DNA of 64,000 nt, taken from IMG/VR virus record IMGVR_UViG_3300027847_001767. One strand, 5' to 3'. The position numbers and the translations under genes are program-made. Every line of letters begins with the position of its first letter. Within the stretch, counting starts at the first letter, position 1. The notes under the pieces are model-generated. The model had not been told where the DNA came from. It made no database searches and saw nothing but the letters and a program-made list of their open reading frames with translations. This stretch comes from an uncultured virus (IMG/VR IMGVR_UViG_3300027847_001767). Taxonomy: Duplodnaviria; Heunggongvirae; Uroviricota; Caudoviricetes. This document shows positions 1-9,563 of this stretch, in pieces.

Positions 1-2
1 AA

Positions 3-176
3 AGAATTAAAAGAATTAACGGGCAGATGAGAAAAGGAATAGGTTCTCACCAATCTGCCACCAGGGCGACCGCTAACTCTGGAGCGCCTTCTGTATTAAT
101 AGCATATGGTAACAACAATGCATATATATTGAAAAATTCAACAATTAAAGGTAAATTCATACGGTTGATAACTTAA
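3..176 (+). CDS. 3' end of a gene truncated by the window start
   Basis: Frame 3 is open from position 3 to TAA 174-176, immediately before ORF 187. Confidence 0.5.
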   Translation, partial: RIKRINGQMRKGIGSHQSATRATANSGAPSVLIAYGNNNAYILKNSTIKGKFIRLIT

Positions 177-186
177 AAAAACTTAT

Positions 187-513
187 ATGAAAAGCATATT
201 ATACTCTATTTTGATAGGAACCGGATCGCTGACTTTGATTGAAGTAGATGAATTTTTAGAACCTATTTCCATCCTTACTATCACACAATCAACAATAGAG
301 AGACTAGATCAAGTGAAAACAAACACTTGTTACGCGGTCATTGACGGTGATCCGGCTATTAAAATAGACTTATATATGAAGACGAATGTAATTGAGGAAG
401 AGGTTGAGTTATTAGAGAACGTTAGGTCTGCTGGGGATCTTCATTTAAACTCGCCTCCTGAAATTCACAAAGAGCTTATAAGGGCGTTTAAATATCATCA
501 AATTGCTTTGTGA
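187..513 (+). CDS. hypothetical protein with hydrophobic N-terminus
   Basis: 108-aa ORF with A-rich leader; converges on the - strand cluster. Confidence 0.6.
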   Translation: MKSILYSILIGTGSLTLIEVDEFLEPISILTITQSTIERLDQVKTNTCYAVIDGDPAIKIDLYMKTNVIEEEVELLENVRSAGDLHLNSPPEIHKELIRAFKYHQIAL

Positions 514-570
514 CCAACCAAAAGGTTACAACCACCCCTATTATTATTCCTATTAAGATATATACTGCTA

Positions 571-975
571 TCATTCCCTCAACCTTAAAACTTCTGATCT
601 TAAATATTCCATCTCTTCTCTAATCGATCTAAGCTCATACAAAAGCTCTCTTGTTAAATATACATCTTGGTAAGGAAAGGTTGATGTGCCAATATCGTCT
701 GCTACATCTAGTCTATAAGGAAGATTAGAAAAATTATCCATATCAATAGTTGTGGCATATGTATTGTCAAAAACGGCATTGGTGGCCATATCAATATAAT
801 CAAAATATTCCCTATTTGGGGTGCAGCCTGCGCCAATAATTACTACACTACCATCCATAATGGTCGCGTTATGAATCGCTATCTCGCTTCCCCAATCATC
901 AACTTGTGAATAACAAAAGGTTGAAATTAGTAATCCGAATAATATTAATAGCTGTTTCATGTTATTAATTTTCAC
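571..975 (-). CDS. putative secreted protein with C-terminal coiled coil
   Basis: MKQLLILFGLLISTFCYS-Q is a Bacteroidota-type signal peptide; probable start at the second Met (960). Confidence 0.7.
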   Translation of the reverse strand: MKINNMKQLLILFGLLISTFCYSQVDDWGSEIAIHNATIMDGSVVIIGAGCTPNREYFDYIDMATNAVFDNTYATTIDMDNFSNLPYRLDVADDIGTSTFPYQDVYLTRELLYELRSIREEMEYLRSEVLRLRE

Positions 976-1207
976 TGTAATTTATAGATTTTCTCTGTCT
1001 CATCATAGCATCTGCTATTTCATATGCAAATTTAGCCATTACTACTGGTAGTTCCATTCCGGTTTCTTCTATAACTTTTCCAAAGGATTGTAAAGCATCA
1101 GAATCAATACTTGTAAGGTACTGTCCTGCAAACCAATCTCTCAAATCCATACCATTGTCACCAAATGCTTTATCCATACTATTTGAAGGAAATGCTTTTT
1201 TGCTCAT
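965..1207 (-). CDS. small conserved phage protein (MxLRDxFA...AYxxADAM family)
   Basis: GMDLRDWFAGQ...AYEIADAMM is a motif common in small phage proteins. Confidence 0.75.
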   Translation of the reverse strand: MSKKAFPSNSMDKAFGDNGMDLRDWFAGQYLTSIDSDALQSFGKVIEETGMELPVVMAKFAYEIADAMMRQRKSINYSEN

Positions 1208-1357
1208 AATTTATTTTTTTATAAAAATATCTGCCGGATATAACGGCGCGTTTGTAAACCAACTCGATATAAAGGGTCCCGCTCCTGAGTTTCACTTTAT
1301 TTTGTAGTCCCAAAGAATTACGGTATGATATATTTTTCTTCTTCTCATTGGCTGGTT

Positions 1358-1732
1358 TTAAAGGTATTTACTAATAACATCATCTGCCAACAAATTAGCA
1401 TGGTTGATAATCTGTTTAGTAAGGAAGAATAACTCTGCATGAGTGAGCTTAAAATCTCCGTTAATCATTTTTTCGTATTCTTCAGGATAACTTATTGCCA
1501 TTACCAATGGTCCTGACCCGCCATATGCATTATTCCAACTCCATTCTCCAGTAATATCCCAAAGTTGTGTTTTGTGCATTAACATTACATGGTTTCCTTC
1601 AGAATAAAATGTACTTGGTTTATATAGCTCGTGTAATATAATTGCAAACTGATAACACCTTCCTTTTGTGTAAGTATCAATTGCGTTAGGTAGGATATTT
1701 TGGGCTGAGTGTATGGTATCTAATATTCTCAT
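1358..1732 (-). CDS. hypothetical protein, possible Cys-His-Asp papain/transglutaminase-like fold
   Basis: GRCYQFA...HVML...WDITG. Confidence 0.55.
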   Translation of the reverse strand: MRILDTIHSAQNILPNAIDTYTKGRCYQFAIILHELYKPSTFYSEGNHVMLMHKTQLWDITGEWSWNNAYGGSGPLVMAISYPEEYEKMINGDFKLTHAELFFLTKQIINHANLLADDVISKYL

Positions 1733-1748
1733 TGTGGTGGGTTAAAAT

Positions 1749-1775
1749 GAGGTGGACAACTTCTTGCCCACCTTC
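1749..1775 (-). terminator. intergenic hairpin, probable intrinsic terminator
   Basis: AGGTGG-ACAACTTCTTGC-CCACCT inverted repeat between ORFs 1797 and 1358. Confidence 0.45.
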
Positions 1776-1796
1776 ACAAATTAATAGAACACTATG

Positions 1797-2015
1797 TTAA
1801 TTCCATTTAGCATCATAAATGCTGGTTACTATATGCTTGTCTTTAATATCCCATGGGAATTTAGTTCCTGGTATACCTTCGTAAGTCTCTTCTGGTTCTG
1901 TGTGTATGGGGGTGCAATTACTCCCTTCATTGTATTCTAAATGCAATTCTCCTGACTTATAGCCTTTAGAAAGGAAATATTTGCTGTCATAGTGTGTGTA
2001 GTTTTCTATAATCAT
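1797..2015 (-). CDS. hypothetical protein
   Basis: 72-aa ORF overlapping its neighbour by 4 nt. Confidence 0.6.
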   Translation of the reverse strand: MIIENYTHYDSKYFLSKGYKSGELHLEYNEGSNCTPIHTEPEETYEGIPGTKFPWDIKDKHIVTSIYDAKWN

Positions 2016-2305
2016 AATTTAATTTTTACTTTGCCTCCATGCTCGTAGCATGGGCCGTGGTGTGTGCAGCAGCCAGATTTGCCATTTTTGGGTTGGTATC
2101 CTTCACATACTTTACCGCAAGTACCTTGGCCTGATTCACCAGGAGCATCATATTCTTTACACCAGAAAAATCCTGATTCTTTGATTGGCATTTTGACTGC
2201 CTCGTATAATTCAATTTCAACTGAATCTTCATTCTCGATAAGATGGTAATCCAAAGAATAACAAAACTCTGAATAGTTTTCTTTAAAATAGAGTCTTTTG
2301 CTCAT
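2012..2305 (-). CDS. Cys/His-rich putative metal-binding protein
   Basis: CGKVCEGY...GCCTHHGPC; 4-nt overlaps with both neighbours. Confidence 0.65.
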   Translation of the reverse strand: MSKRLYFKENYSEFCYSLDYHLIENEDSVEIELYEAVKMPIKESGFFWCKEYDAPGESGQGTCGKVCEGYQPKNGKSGCCTHHGPCYEHGGKVKIKL

Positions 2306-2598
2306 CTATTTAAACATATTGTCCATTGATGAACTTTCCGTCCGTATTCATTTAGTGTTATTCCGTGGTCCACTATTAATCCGCCCTTTTCTAATTCTCC
2401 TCGCCTTGGCGTAATTTGATTAATTGGCCTATTCAGATAACCACTTATCTGTTGATCCGTTGCAACCCCTAGTTTTTTAATTGCATTGTAAACTCGTTTC
2501 CTTGATTCAGGCAAGGTGTCTTGAATTTCTTGCCATGTAAGCAAGGAAGTGTCTCTGCTTTGATGTTTAAATAGATCTAATTGTTCTTTCATAATCAA
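2302..2598 (-). CDS. winged helix-turn-helix DNA-binding protein
   Basis: RKRVYNAIKKLGVATDQQISGYLNRPINQITPRRGELEKGGLI. Confidence 0.7.
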   Translation of the reverse strand: MIMKEQLDLFKHQSRDTSLLTWQEIQDTLPESRKRVYNAIKKLGVATDQQISGYLNRPINQITPRRGELEKGGLIVDHGITLNEYGRKVHQWTICLNR

Positions 2599-3599
2599 AA
2601 AGGTAAGTCACCAACAGTAAATTCCATAGTTTTTGAATCTATATGCCATCCAGTACCCTCACTGTCTAAGGCTTTGACTGCCCCTTCCCATAAGCTCACC
2701 ATCTTTAGTTGATCCGTTGGGGTATAAATCTTAATCATTTTTGCCACTTCTTTATCTCTCCATGCTCTTGTAACTTCTTCAATTTTCAAGTCAGGGGTTT
2801 TTAAGTATCCCTCACAATTTGTATAAAGCAGCTTAAAAGCATTGTTAGGCGCAACATCGTTGCCTTTTTCTACAGTAGTTACTGCCCCCATAATGTGTTT
2901 AGCTCTATTGGTATCTAAAGCACTTTTAAGAATCTCATACCCTCTACCTTCATACTCAGTAGGATCAATAGACTGTCCTTTATGGAGGGTTGGATAGATT
3001 TCATCTGTAAAATGATATAACCAATGGGCATCTCTTTCTTTTGTATCCCAAATTATATCATCAGTGTTAGGGTCCTTCACTCCTGTATCTATTCTAGCTG
3101 GTACTCCCTTAAATCCTTTCAAGTCATTATCCCAAGGATAAAATTGTGGAGCTAAATCTTTCTCGGGGCTAAGCCTAACATATAGACTAGCCATATATCT
3201 ATCATCCTTAATACCTAAAGAAAGGTTGATATAAGGCAGCTCAAGCCAATCTGGATCATTTATGGCATCTAGTAAGCAATTAATTACTTTGTGCGCTGAC
3301 TGGCTTCTATAACTAAGCCCTATTGAAAATAACTTAATCGGTTTGCCTTCTGTAAAATCATCTTGTGCGGATATGCCAAACTTATACTCAAATCTGGCAG
3401 GTATCTTTTTGCCATCATGTGCTCCTTCCGGCCACCAATGTAACCTTACTTCATCTAAATAGCCCTGTATGCCCCGATAAGCATTACCAGTAGCCTTGTG
3501 CTTAAATACTCCTGTCTTAAAATCAGGGTTGATAAATACAATGTTTCCTCCAGTTCCCGAAGATTGTCCCGTAGTAGAATAGTCTCGTTCTTTGCTCAT
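2595..3599 (-). CDS. putative single-stranded DNA-binding or replication/recombination protein
   Basis: 334 aa ending in GDLPF, like SSB C-terminal tails; fold not confirmed. Confidence 0.45.
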   Translation of the reverse strand: MSKERDYSTTGQSSGTGGNIVFINPDFKTGVFKHKATGNAYRGIQGYLDEVRLHWWPEGAHDGKKIPARFEYKFGISAQDDFTEGKPIKLFSIGLSYRSQSAHKVINCLLDAINDPDWLELPYINLSLGIKDDRYMASLYVRLSPEKDLAPQFYPWDNDLKGFKGVPARIDTGVKDPNTDDIIWDTKERDAHWLYHFTDEIYPTLHKGQSIDPTEYEGRGYEILKSALDTNRAKHIMGAVTTVEKGNDVAPNNAFKLLYTNCEGYLKTPDLKIEEVTRAWRDKEVAKMIKIYTPTDQLKMVSLWEGAVKALDSEGTGWHIDSKTMEFTVGDLPF

Positions 3600-3802
3600 A
3601 ATTTAATTTTTAATTCTTTTGCACCCAAACCAAGTGCGATTTCAGTTAATGTGTCAATACCTGGCTTGACTTGATTTAATTCGTATTTCTCTAATTGGTA
3701 TCTAGTAATACCTATTCTATCAGATGCCTCCCGTTGTGTCATATTACGACCTATACGAGTAGACCTAATACTATAGCCTATGTTAGTAGGGTTTACCTCC
3801 AT
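3596..3802 (-). CDS. XRE-family HTH transcriptional regulator
   Basis: IRSTRIGRNMTQREASDRIGITRYQLEKYELNQVKP; start set at ATG 3802 because a TATATTTG promoter motif overlaps the track start at 3904. Confidence 0.85.
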   Translation of the reverse strand: MEVNPTNIGYSIRSTRIGRNMTQREASDRIGITRYQLEKYELNQVKPGIDTLTEIALGLGAKELKIKL

Positions 3803-3901
3803 TATTGGTTGAAAAGTTTCTGACTTATCATTCTCATATGAATCCGATGTGTCGGGATACCAACTGTCTAGCCAAGGATCTCCGAGGTTGCTTTTCTTTT
3901 C

Positions 3902-3909
3902 CAAATATA
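3902..3909 (-). promoter_or_regulatory. Bacteroidota sigma70 -7 element TATATTTG
   Basis: Exact TAnnTTTG match upstream of the XRE/SSB-like operon. Confidence 0.55.
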
Positions 3910-3940
3910 ATGATTGTCGGTGGTTAGTTAATGCTATTTT

Positions 3941-4019
3941 CAGTTATGAGTTGATTGATCACTTCACTATCGCCTGACAATCAACGGTTTAGTCTTTCGT
4001 AAATGGTCATTACGAAGAC
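3941..4019 (-). repeat. 79-nt element, copy L (inverted relative to 14804-14882)
   Basis: Reverse complement of 3941-4004 matches 14819-14882 at 60/64 nt. Confidence 0.9.
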
Positions 4020-4026
4020 GTAAAAT

Positions 4027-4058
4027 GCAGAAAGGAGTTTTTAATTGCCCCTTTCTGC
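4027..4058 (-). terminator. hairpin, probable terminator
   Basis: GCAGAAAGG...CCTTTCTGC inverted repeat just downstream of ORF 4074. Confidence 0.6.
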
Positions 4059-4073
4059 TTCGGTTTAGAACAG

Positions 4074-4310
4074 TTACAGTGTGTCTTTGTATTTCAGCAT
4101 CAGCCCCATATTTGCCCATTTGTCACCTACTGCATCGTTAATGATTCCTATAACAACTAGCTTTAAGGTTGATATAATAATCTTTAATGACAAATTTTCT
4201 TTTTCAATGACTGCGATTACTTTATTGAATAGTTCTTCATTGAAGTCTTCCTCTATATTTAAATCATAATAAATATCTAAGGCAACATCTGTTTTCTCTG
4301 ATTTTGTCAT
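4074..4310 (-). CDS. hypothetical protein
   Basis: 78-aa ORF in an overlapping - strand chain. Confidence 0.6.
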   Translation of the reverse strand: MTKSEKTDVALDIYYDLNIEEDFNEELFNKVIAVIEKENLSLKIIISTLKLVVIGIINDAVGDKWANMGLMLKYKDTL

Positions 4311-4630
4311 GGTTTTATTTTTAATAACTCATTAATTATTTTCGGATGAATCATATAGACATATCCATTCAGATTGAATTTGCCTATTGACAACATTTTA
4401 TTCCATTCGTTTTCTAATTCCTCCGTCCTGATTAAACTTATCTTTTCTCTAATCAATCTACACGTATATGTGACGTTATAGTAAGCTGGATTCAAGATAT
4501 GGTCGTGTAGGGCTTCCCTGTTCGTTGTGAGGGCATTAATAGTACCCTTTCTAATCTTAGGTTTGCTGTTCTCCTGGTTGAAAAGGTTTTTATCTATGCT
4601 TTCGATCCCTGAGAGTAGTTTAGCTTTCAA
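4307..4630 (-). CDS. hypothetical protein
   Basis: 107-aa ORF in an overlapping chain. Confidence 0.6.
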   Translation of the reverse strand: MKAKLLSGIESIDKNLFNQENSKPKIRKGTINALTTNREALHDHILNPAYYNVTYTCRLIREKISLIRTEELENEWNKMLSIGKFNLNGYVYMIHPKIINELLKIKP

Positions 4631-5420
4631 TATTAAAAATTTCTCCGTTTCCTAAATATTTAAATTCTTGTTCGTCTAAAGTTTCGTTCAAAATATATCC
4701 TTCTGTACATTCTTTGTATTCATTAATAAGGTTACTAAGCCAATAACGCGCCATGCTTTTAACCATATTTTTACCTTCTCCTTTTTCTACATCATAATTC
4801 ACAACTTCATCCTCACCCCATTGATCGACATATGCTTTTTTCATATCTCTATAATTCCAATGGTTGAGAACCCTGTACTTAATCGTTTTCTTTTCGATAT
4901 TAAATTTTTTTATTTTAATACCACATGACAATGCGTGTTCGTATACCCATTTATACCATATCCAATCAGTTCTATTAACAACCCAATATTTATTCTTTTC
5001 ACGAACTCTTTTTACAAGTTCAGCATCTTCATAAATTTCTTTTGTTGAATACACTCTTGTAGTTTTCTTTTCTGGTTCAATTTTTACTAAAGATTGAAAT
5101 TCACATATATTCCATGTTGGCGGTGTAGGTTTAAGATTTTCAACTATATTTTTAACATTCAATTCTTTAGATACGCCAACCCTTCTAGTCTGGTTCCGTC
5201 GTTTCGTAGATTTTAAAAACCTTCGATAAGCCCATTTTTCTTCATGCATATTCCATTGTACCCATACACTCTCAGTATTGTTATGAACTTCAAAAGAATG
5301 ATATGGTGGATCATATACATATACTTTAAACCCTAGCTTTGTTAGCTGTTTGATTATGGCATCAATTTTAAAGTGATTGTTATAAATGTAATTATCATAT
5401 TCAAATTGGCCTATTTTCAT
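4620..5420 (-). CDS. hypothetical protein
   Basis: 266-aa ORF, aromatic/basic. Confidence 0.7.
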   Translation of the reverse strand: MKIGQFEYDNYIYNNHFKIDAIIKQLTKLGFKVYVYDPPYHSFEVHNNTESVWVQWNMHEEKWAYRRFLKSTKRRNQTRRVGVSKELNVKNIVENLKPTPPTWNICEFQSLVKIEPEKKTTRVYSTKEIYEDAELVKRVREKNKYWVVNRTDWIWYKWVYEHALSCGIKIKKFNIEKKTIKYRVLNHWNYRDMKKAYVDQWGEDEVVNYDVEKGEGKNMVKSMARYWLSNLINEYKECTEGYILNETLDEQEFKYLGNGEIFNIES

Positions 5421-5662
5421 TGTTTTATTATTTTTTCTAGTGCTATCGAAATTGCTTGTATTTGCGCAATAGGAATAGTAAGATATATTGCTTCCGATTT
5501 TCCAAATTTGTTAGATACTGATATATCTACGTATTCTTCGCCATTCCCGTACTTATGGTATTCAATATTAATTCCCGTAAGTTTTCCATGTGTTGCTTTA
5601 CTTGAATATATTCCGTATTCATCAAATTTGATAGTTTGTGTTTTTGGTGGTTCTTTTTTCAT
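5417..5662 (-). CDS. hypothetical protein
   Basis: 81-aa ORF with 4-nt overlap. Confidence 0.6.
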   Translation of the reverse strand: MKKEPPKTQTIKFDEYGIYSSKATHGKLTGINIEYHKYGNGEEYVDISVSNKFGKSEAIYLTIPIAQIQAISIALEKIIKQ

Positions 5663-5666
5663 TGTT

Positions 5667-6173
5667 TTAGTTGTTTAAAATGATTGTATCAATAAGTTCA
5701 GCGTTTACTAATTCCCAAGTATTCATTAGTTCAAATACATATACAGTATCTCCTTCCTTCTTATACATAAGGTTTTTCTCTTTATCAATTGGAATTGACT
5801 TATTCCAACTGGTTGAAATCTTTTCTGTATGAAATGGAGGTTGCGATCTTTTAAGTCCATCAAATTCTTCCATATCCTCCATCCACCAATCAATAGGCCA
5901 TATCTGATAATAATTCCATTTCTCCATATCCTTTGAATAGTTTAGGTCTTCTATAATCCATAACTCAGTTACAATTCCGTCCATGTAACGGACTTTCATG
6001 TGACCCTTTGGAGTAGGCACAAGAAAGTGTCCGGCATCCCCTACCATTGGACCCTTTTCAATAGGTATGGTAATACAAGACGGTTGCTGTGTTAGATGTT
6101 TACCCATAACCGCCAACACACCTGTTATACACAATACAAGGATGACTATGAGGCTTAAATTCATTTTTGACAT
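5667..6173 (-). CDS. membrane-anchored or secreted hypothetical protein
   Basis: N-terminal hydrophobic helix LSLIVILVLCITGVLAV. Confidence 0.65.
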   Translation of the reverse strand: MSKMNLSLIVILVLCITGVLAVMGKHLTQQPSCITIPIEKGPMVGDAGHFLVPTPKGHMKVRYMDGIVTELWIIEDLNYSKDMEKWNYYQIWPIDWWMEDMEEFDGLKRSQPPFHTEKISTSWNKSIPIDKEKNLMYKKEGDTVYVFELMNTWELVNAELIDTIILNN

Positions 6174-6200
6174 AGTAATTTTTTTAAAAGGTTGAAAAAA

Positions 6201-6524
6201 TTATATACTTAGTGCTCTGTATTGCTCCGCTGTCTCAAATCTGTCGTGAATATGATAAACGTGTTTACATCTACTATCACAACAATAAGCCAAGTTTCCG
6301 CCTGACATTGCGCCCATTTCGTTATTTGGAGGATAACGTTGCTTGGCTGCCCAATAGTTGAGCCCTCTTTGCTCGGTGTAAAAAATCAATTCTTTGTTTT
6401 CAATGTCCTGATCTCTTATTGGTCCTTCGTCACATTCTATATATATGTGATCATTGGTTGAAGATATACCACCTAGAGTACAGTCATAAGGGTCTTTAAA
6501 TACTGAAATTCTTAAATATTTCAT
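6201..6524 (-). CDS. phage early hypothetical protein
   Basis: DCTLGGIS...MSGGNLAYCCDSR...IHDRFE resembles a recurring small phage protein family. Confidence 0.65.
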   Translation of the reverse strand: MKYLRISVFKDPYDCTLGGISSTNDHIYIECDEGPIRDQDIENKELIFYTEQRGLNYWAAKQRYPPNNEMGAMSGGNLAYCCDSRCKHVYHIHDRFETAEQYRALSI

Positions 6525-6748
6525 GGTTCGATTTTTTTAAGATCATAGGCAACGCCATCTAAATAGTATTCAAAAGTGTAGCCTAAAGGTTTAATCCTTT
6601 GCAGGCACGCTTCAATATCCGTGTAAGTGGTTGAATCACCTACTTTGTTTAATTCCTTCATTACATTATCAGGTATTAGTTCAGGATGGTTGAATAAGTC
6701 AATTATATTTTTCATTCGCCTAGATTTGATTAAGTTGTTTTGAACCAT
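6521..6748 (-). CDS. hypothetical protein
   Basis: 75-aa ORF; start may be the internal Met. Confidence 0.6.
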   Translation of the reverse strand: MVQNNLIKSRRMKNIIDLFNHPELIPDNVMKELNKVGDSTTYTDIEACLQRIKPLGYTFEYYLDGVAYDLKKIEP

Positions 6749-6965
6749 TATAATATTCTACACTATCATAGTCGTATTCTTCGCCATCGGTATAGTTATA
6801 AAAACTAATATCTTCTTCGCTTTCCCATAAATCCATAACTTTCTTTTCACTTACAAATCGTTTAATAGTGTCTAAGGGCATCCCGTTAGGAATTTCTATT
6901 GTTTGCCATGTGGTTATTTTAATGTCAATACGTGTTACTAGTGCCATTGTTTTTAGTTTTATCAT
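6720..6965 (-). CDS. hypothetical protein
   Basis: 81-aa ORF preceded by the TTTTCAACC leader motif. Confidence 0.6.
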   Translation of the reverse strand: MIKLKTMALVTRIDIKITTWQTIEIPNGMPLDTIKRFVSEKKVMDLWESEEDISFYNYTDGEEYDYDSVEYYNGSKQLNQI

Positions 6966-7017
6966 TGTCTATACCATATAGACAAGGGTTGAAAAAGAAT
7001 AAGGCTTGGGCTTGATT

Positions 7018-7497
7018 CTAAGCCATTTGCAGCGATCTTTTACGCTGCCTGTCTTGTTCTATGTCTTTACCACCGTAAAATGCTTGTAGGCTCTCTTTGG
7101 TGTGTAATTCGTTTTTAAATTTCCGGTACTTTTCATTAGCTGGTGATAGTTGCCAAATATTTCTCTTAAAATTCCATTTGTATTTGAAATTGAAATCATC
7201 GGCAAATTTCTTGATACTCTCCTTATGCTCCTTTGTATTACCTGCAATCCAGATCCAAGAACCAACAATAGATATTTGAATACCATCTAAGAAACTCAAT
7301 GCTTGAATAGCTTGCGCGAAGTTTGAAAGATCCTCTTTACTTTGTTGTTTGGCGTCATCACATGTAAAGTTCTCGAACTCGTGCAAGATCGCTTTAAAAG
7401 TTTCTTCATTCCCGTTGTGGTCAGGATGATGCTTGAAACATAGTATGCTAAATAGTTTCTTTGCTTCTTGATAGGTTGAACACTCGTTAAAATACAT
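7018..7497 (-). CDS. J-domain (DnaJ-like) protein
   Basis: EAKKLFSILCFKHHPDHNGNEETFKAILHEFE carries the HPD motif; the C-terminal GSWIWIAGNT...KW domain is typical of phage J proteins. Confidence 0.85.
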   Translation of the reverse strand: MYFNECSTYQEAKKLFSILCFKHHPDHNGNEETFKAILHEFENFTCDDAKQQSKEDLSNFAQAIQALSFLDGIQISIVGSWIWIAGNTKEHKESIKKFADDFNFKYKWNFKRNIWQLSPANEKYRKFKNELHTKESLQAFYGGKDIEQDRQRKRSLQMA

Positions 7498-7581
7498 TTG
7501 ATTTGATTTGATTAAAGGGTTTATAAATAGGGTAAGGGTATTTGATTACATTAGTAATAGGTTGAAAAATTTATAATAGCT

Positions 7582-8022
7582 TTAAATAATACCTGCCTGT
7601 TCAGGTGTTTTGTATTCGTTTTTCCAATTACATATATTTCCGCTTTCGTCTTGTATCTCAATTTCTGTTGACCAGTAAGAAGAACTAAAAATGTTCGTAT
7701 AACCATGCACAGTTACCATGTCAAATACCAAATTACCTATACTTACCTCTTTTTCATCCAATGGATCATAACCAAGAAAGGAAACAAAGGATTTGTAATT
7801 AAACCAATCTTCCTCAATTATTTCTAAAATGTCTTTCTTTGACATAGTACAATGATCGAAACGGTTGTATAGTGCCTCTCCTGTCTCTGCTTCTACATAT
7901 CTTACACCATAGATAAAGTAATACTCGCCATTGCCTTGATATTGCCATAGTAGACCGTATTCAAATAAGCTAGTAAGGTTGCATACATCGGACCCAGTAA
8001 AGTCTTTGTCTTGAATAATCAT
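7582..8022 (-). CDS. hypothetical protein
   Basis: 146-aa acidic ORF. Confidence 0.7.
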   Translation of the reverse strand: MIIQDKDFTGSDVCNLTSLFEYGLLWQYQGNGEYYFIYGVRYVEAETGEALYNRFDHCTMSKKDILEIIEEDWFNYKSFVSFLGYDPLDEKEVSIGNLVFDMVTVHGYTNIFSSSYWSTEIEIQDESGNICNWKNEYKTPEQAGII

Positions 8023-8050
8023 AGTTAATATATTTAAGAGGGTTGAAAAA

Positions 8051-8368
8051 TTATAATGTTGTTTCTAAAATTTCCTTGTATCTATCAGCAGATAAGCCAT
8101 TGAGACGCTTTGTAAGACCATACAGCGTCTTAATTGCCTCGTCATAGGTTTGACCCGTCAATATGTAATTAGTTGCCTTATATCGCTTCACATCCTCTGT
8201 ACACACAGCAATAACAAATCCTTCAGGATCGCGTATAGTAGGAACAAGAATACTAGAATGGTTGAAGGGTGTTAATTGCATAGATAGATAGTCAAGTGCT
8301 GACGATTCTCTGATTTTTATCATAGTTAATATTTGAGGTTTAAAAAAGGTTTGTATTATATTAACCAT
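8051..8368 (-). CDS. hypothetical protein
   Basis: 105-aa ORF; the alternative start at 8323 has a leader similar to that of ORF 8022. Confidence 0.6.
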   Translation of the reverse strand: MVNIIQTFFKPQILTMIKIRESSALDYLSMQLTPFNHSSILVPTIRDPEGFVIAVCTEDVKRYKATNYILTGQTYDEAIKTLYGLTKRLNGLSADRYKEILETTL

Positions 8369-8600
8369 TCAGCCAATTTTTATAAATTTCGTTGTAATCA
8401 ACATTCATTCGTTCTGCCAATTCAGAAAAAACCCTTTCTCTAATCAGAGAATCATACACATTTAAATAGTCATACACATTTGGTATGTTGCTTTTTAACT
8501 CTTTAAATGTTGCAGTCGGGTTTATTTCTTTCCCTAATTCATCTTTAAATTCTGATTGATGCCAATTTTTAACACCTTCCTGTTGATTGAAAGATCTCAT
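8361..8600 (-). CDS. hypothetical protein, first gene of the left early cluster
   Basis: MRSFNQQ... start at 8600 preferred because a promoter lies at 8641-8671. Confidence 0.65.
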   Translation of the reverse strand: MRSFNQQEGVKNWHQSEFKDELGKEINPTATFKELKSNIPNVYDYLNVYDSLIRERVFSELAERMNVDYNEIYKNWLNG

Positions 8601-8640
8601 TTGATGTGATTTGTGAAGTGATATAATGTAAAATACAATC

Positions 8641-8671
8641 CGAATGTATAATAATTTATTTAAAAACGCAA
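8641..8671 (-). promoter_or_regulatory. leftward early promoter, TTG-N20-TACATTCG
   Basis: Near-consensus Bacteroidota -33/-7 pair with 20-nt spacing. Confidence 0.55.
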
Positions 8672-8674
8672 GAA

Positions 8675-8708
8675 AAGCGAAGTAATTAATATAAATCATT
8701 GATAGTCA
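8675..8708 (+). promoter_or_regulatory. operator-like site AAGCGAAGTAATT-N4-TAA-N5-TGA-N3-TCA
   Basis: Inverted counterpart at 9564-9597. Confidence 0.55.
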
Positions 8709-9142
8709 GTTATCAAATTAATACTCAATTGATAACCTGGAGAGACAAGGTAAAAGGTGTAAAGTAAGATATGGCTAACAAGAATAGTTTGCCATACCTA
8801 AAGATATTGTTTGCCTTTGTTGGCTTTAATTGTTTGTTTCAGTAAACAGTAAATGTTTTGTTTGATTAATAATATTTGTTTAGTATGACTAATGGTAATA
8901 GTTTGCTTAAATTAATTATTTATGTATGGTGTAACTAATGAAAAAGATTAATGTGATTTAATATAAAAATGAAATGAAACAAAATAAAACATTAGGATCA
9001 ATTAACACTAATTGTTCAGACCAACTAATATGGCGTGTGTGTGATAGCTAATATTAATAGTTTGGCGTTGCTGTCATTGATTATTCGATATAATAACTGT
9101 AATAGTTAGCTATTCCGAAAACCATTTGTTAGCTACGCCTAA

Positions 9143-9523
9143 TTATTTCTTTTGTGTGAATTCTTTTTGGAGCTGGTTTATATGAATCCTTGCATTGATG
9201 ATTGTAGATGTTAACTGTTCAACGCCCTTCTTACTAATTGAATAATAAATCCGATCTGTTTTGTATTCCTTTATATATCCTTGCTTTGATAGTTTGCGAA
9301 GGTTTGACGGCATCGATAAAGGGCTTAGTGATATGTTATGAGCAATTGTATCAATGTCTACAATTCTTCCGGCTATGTACAGGTAAACGAGGATCTTAGT
9401 ATCTTGCTCTGACCTGAAGCGTAGTTTACTCGCATCAAACAACATCAGCGCAATCGCATTAAAGTTTAATTCTTGTCCTTCTTTCCTGATTAATTCTATA
9501 CTTTCATTGTGCCCAACTACCAT
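9143..9523 (-). CDS. MarR-like winged-helix regulator
   Basis: ILVYLYIAGRIVDIDTIAHNISLSPLSMPSNLRKLSKQGYI...DRIYYSISKKG. Confidence 0.75.
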   Translation of the reverse strand: MVVGHNESIELIRKEGQELNFNAIALMLFDASKLRFRSEQDTKILVYLYIAGRIVDIDTIAHNISLSPLSMPSNLRKLSKQGYIKEYKTDRIYYSISKKGVEQLTSTIINARIHINQLQKEFTQKK

Positions 9524-9563
9524 AAAAACAAAAATATGCCTTTTCGTGGTGTATTCATATCGT

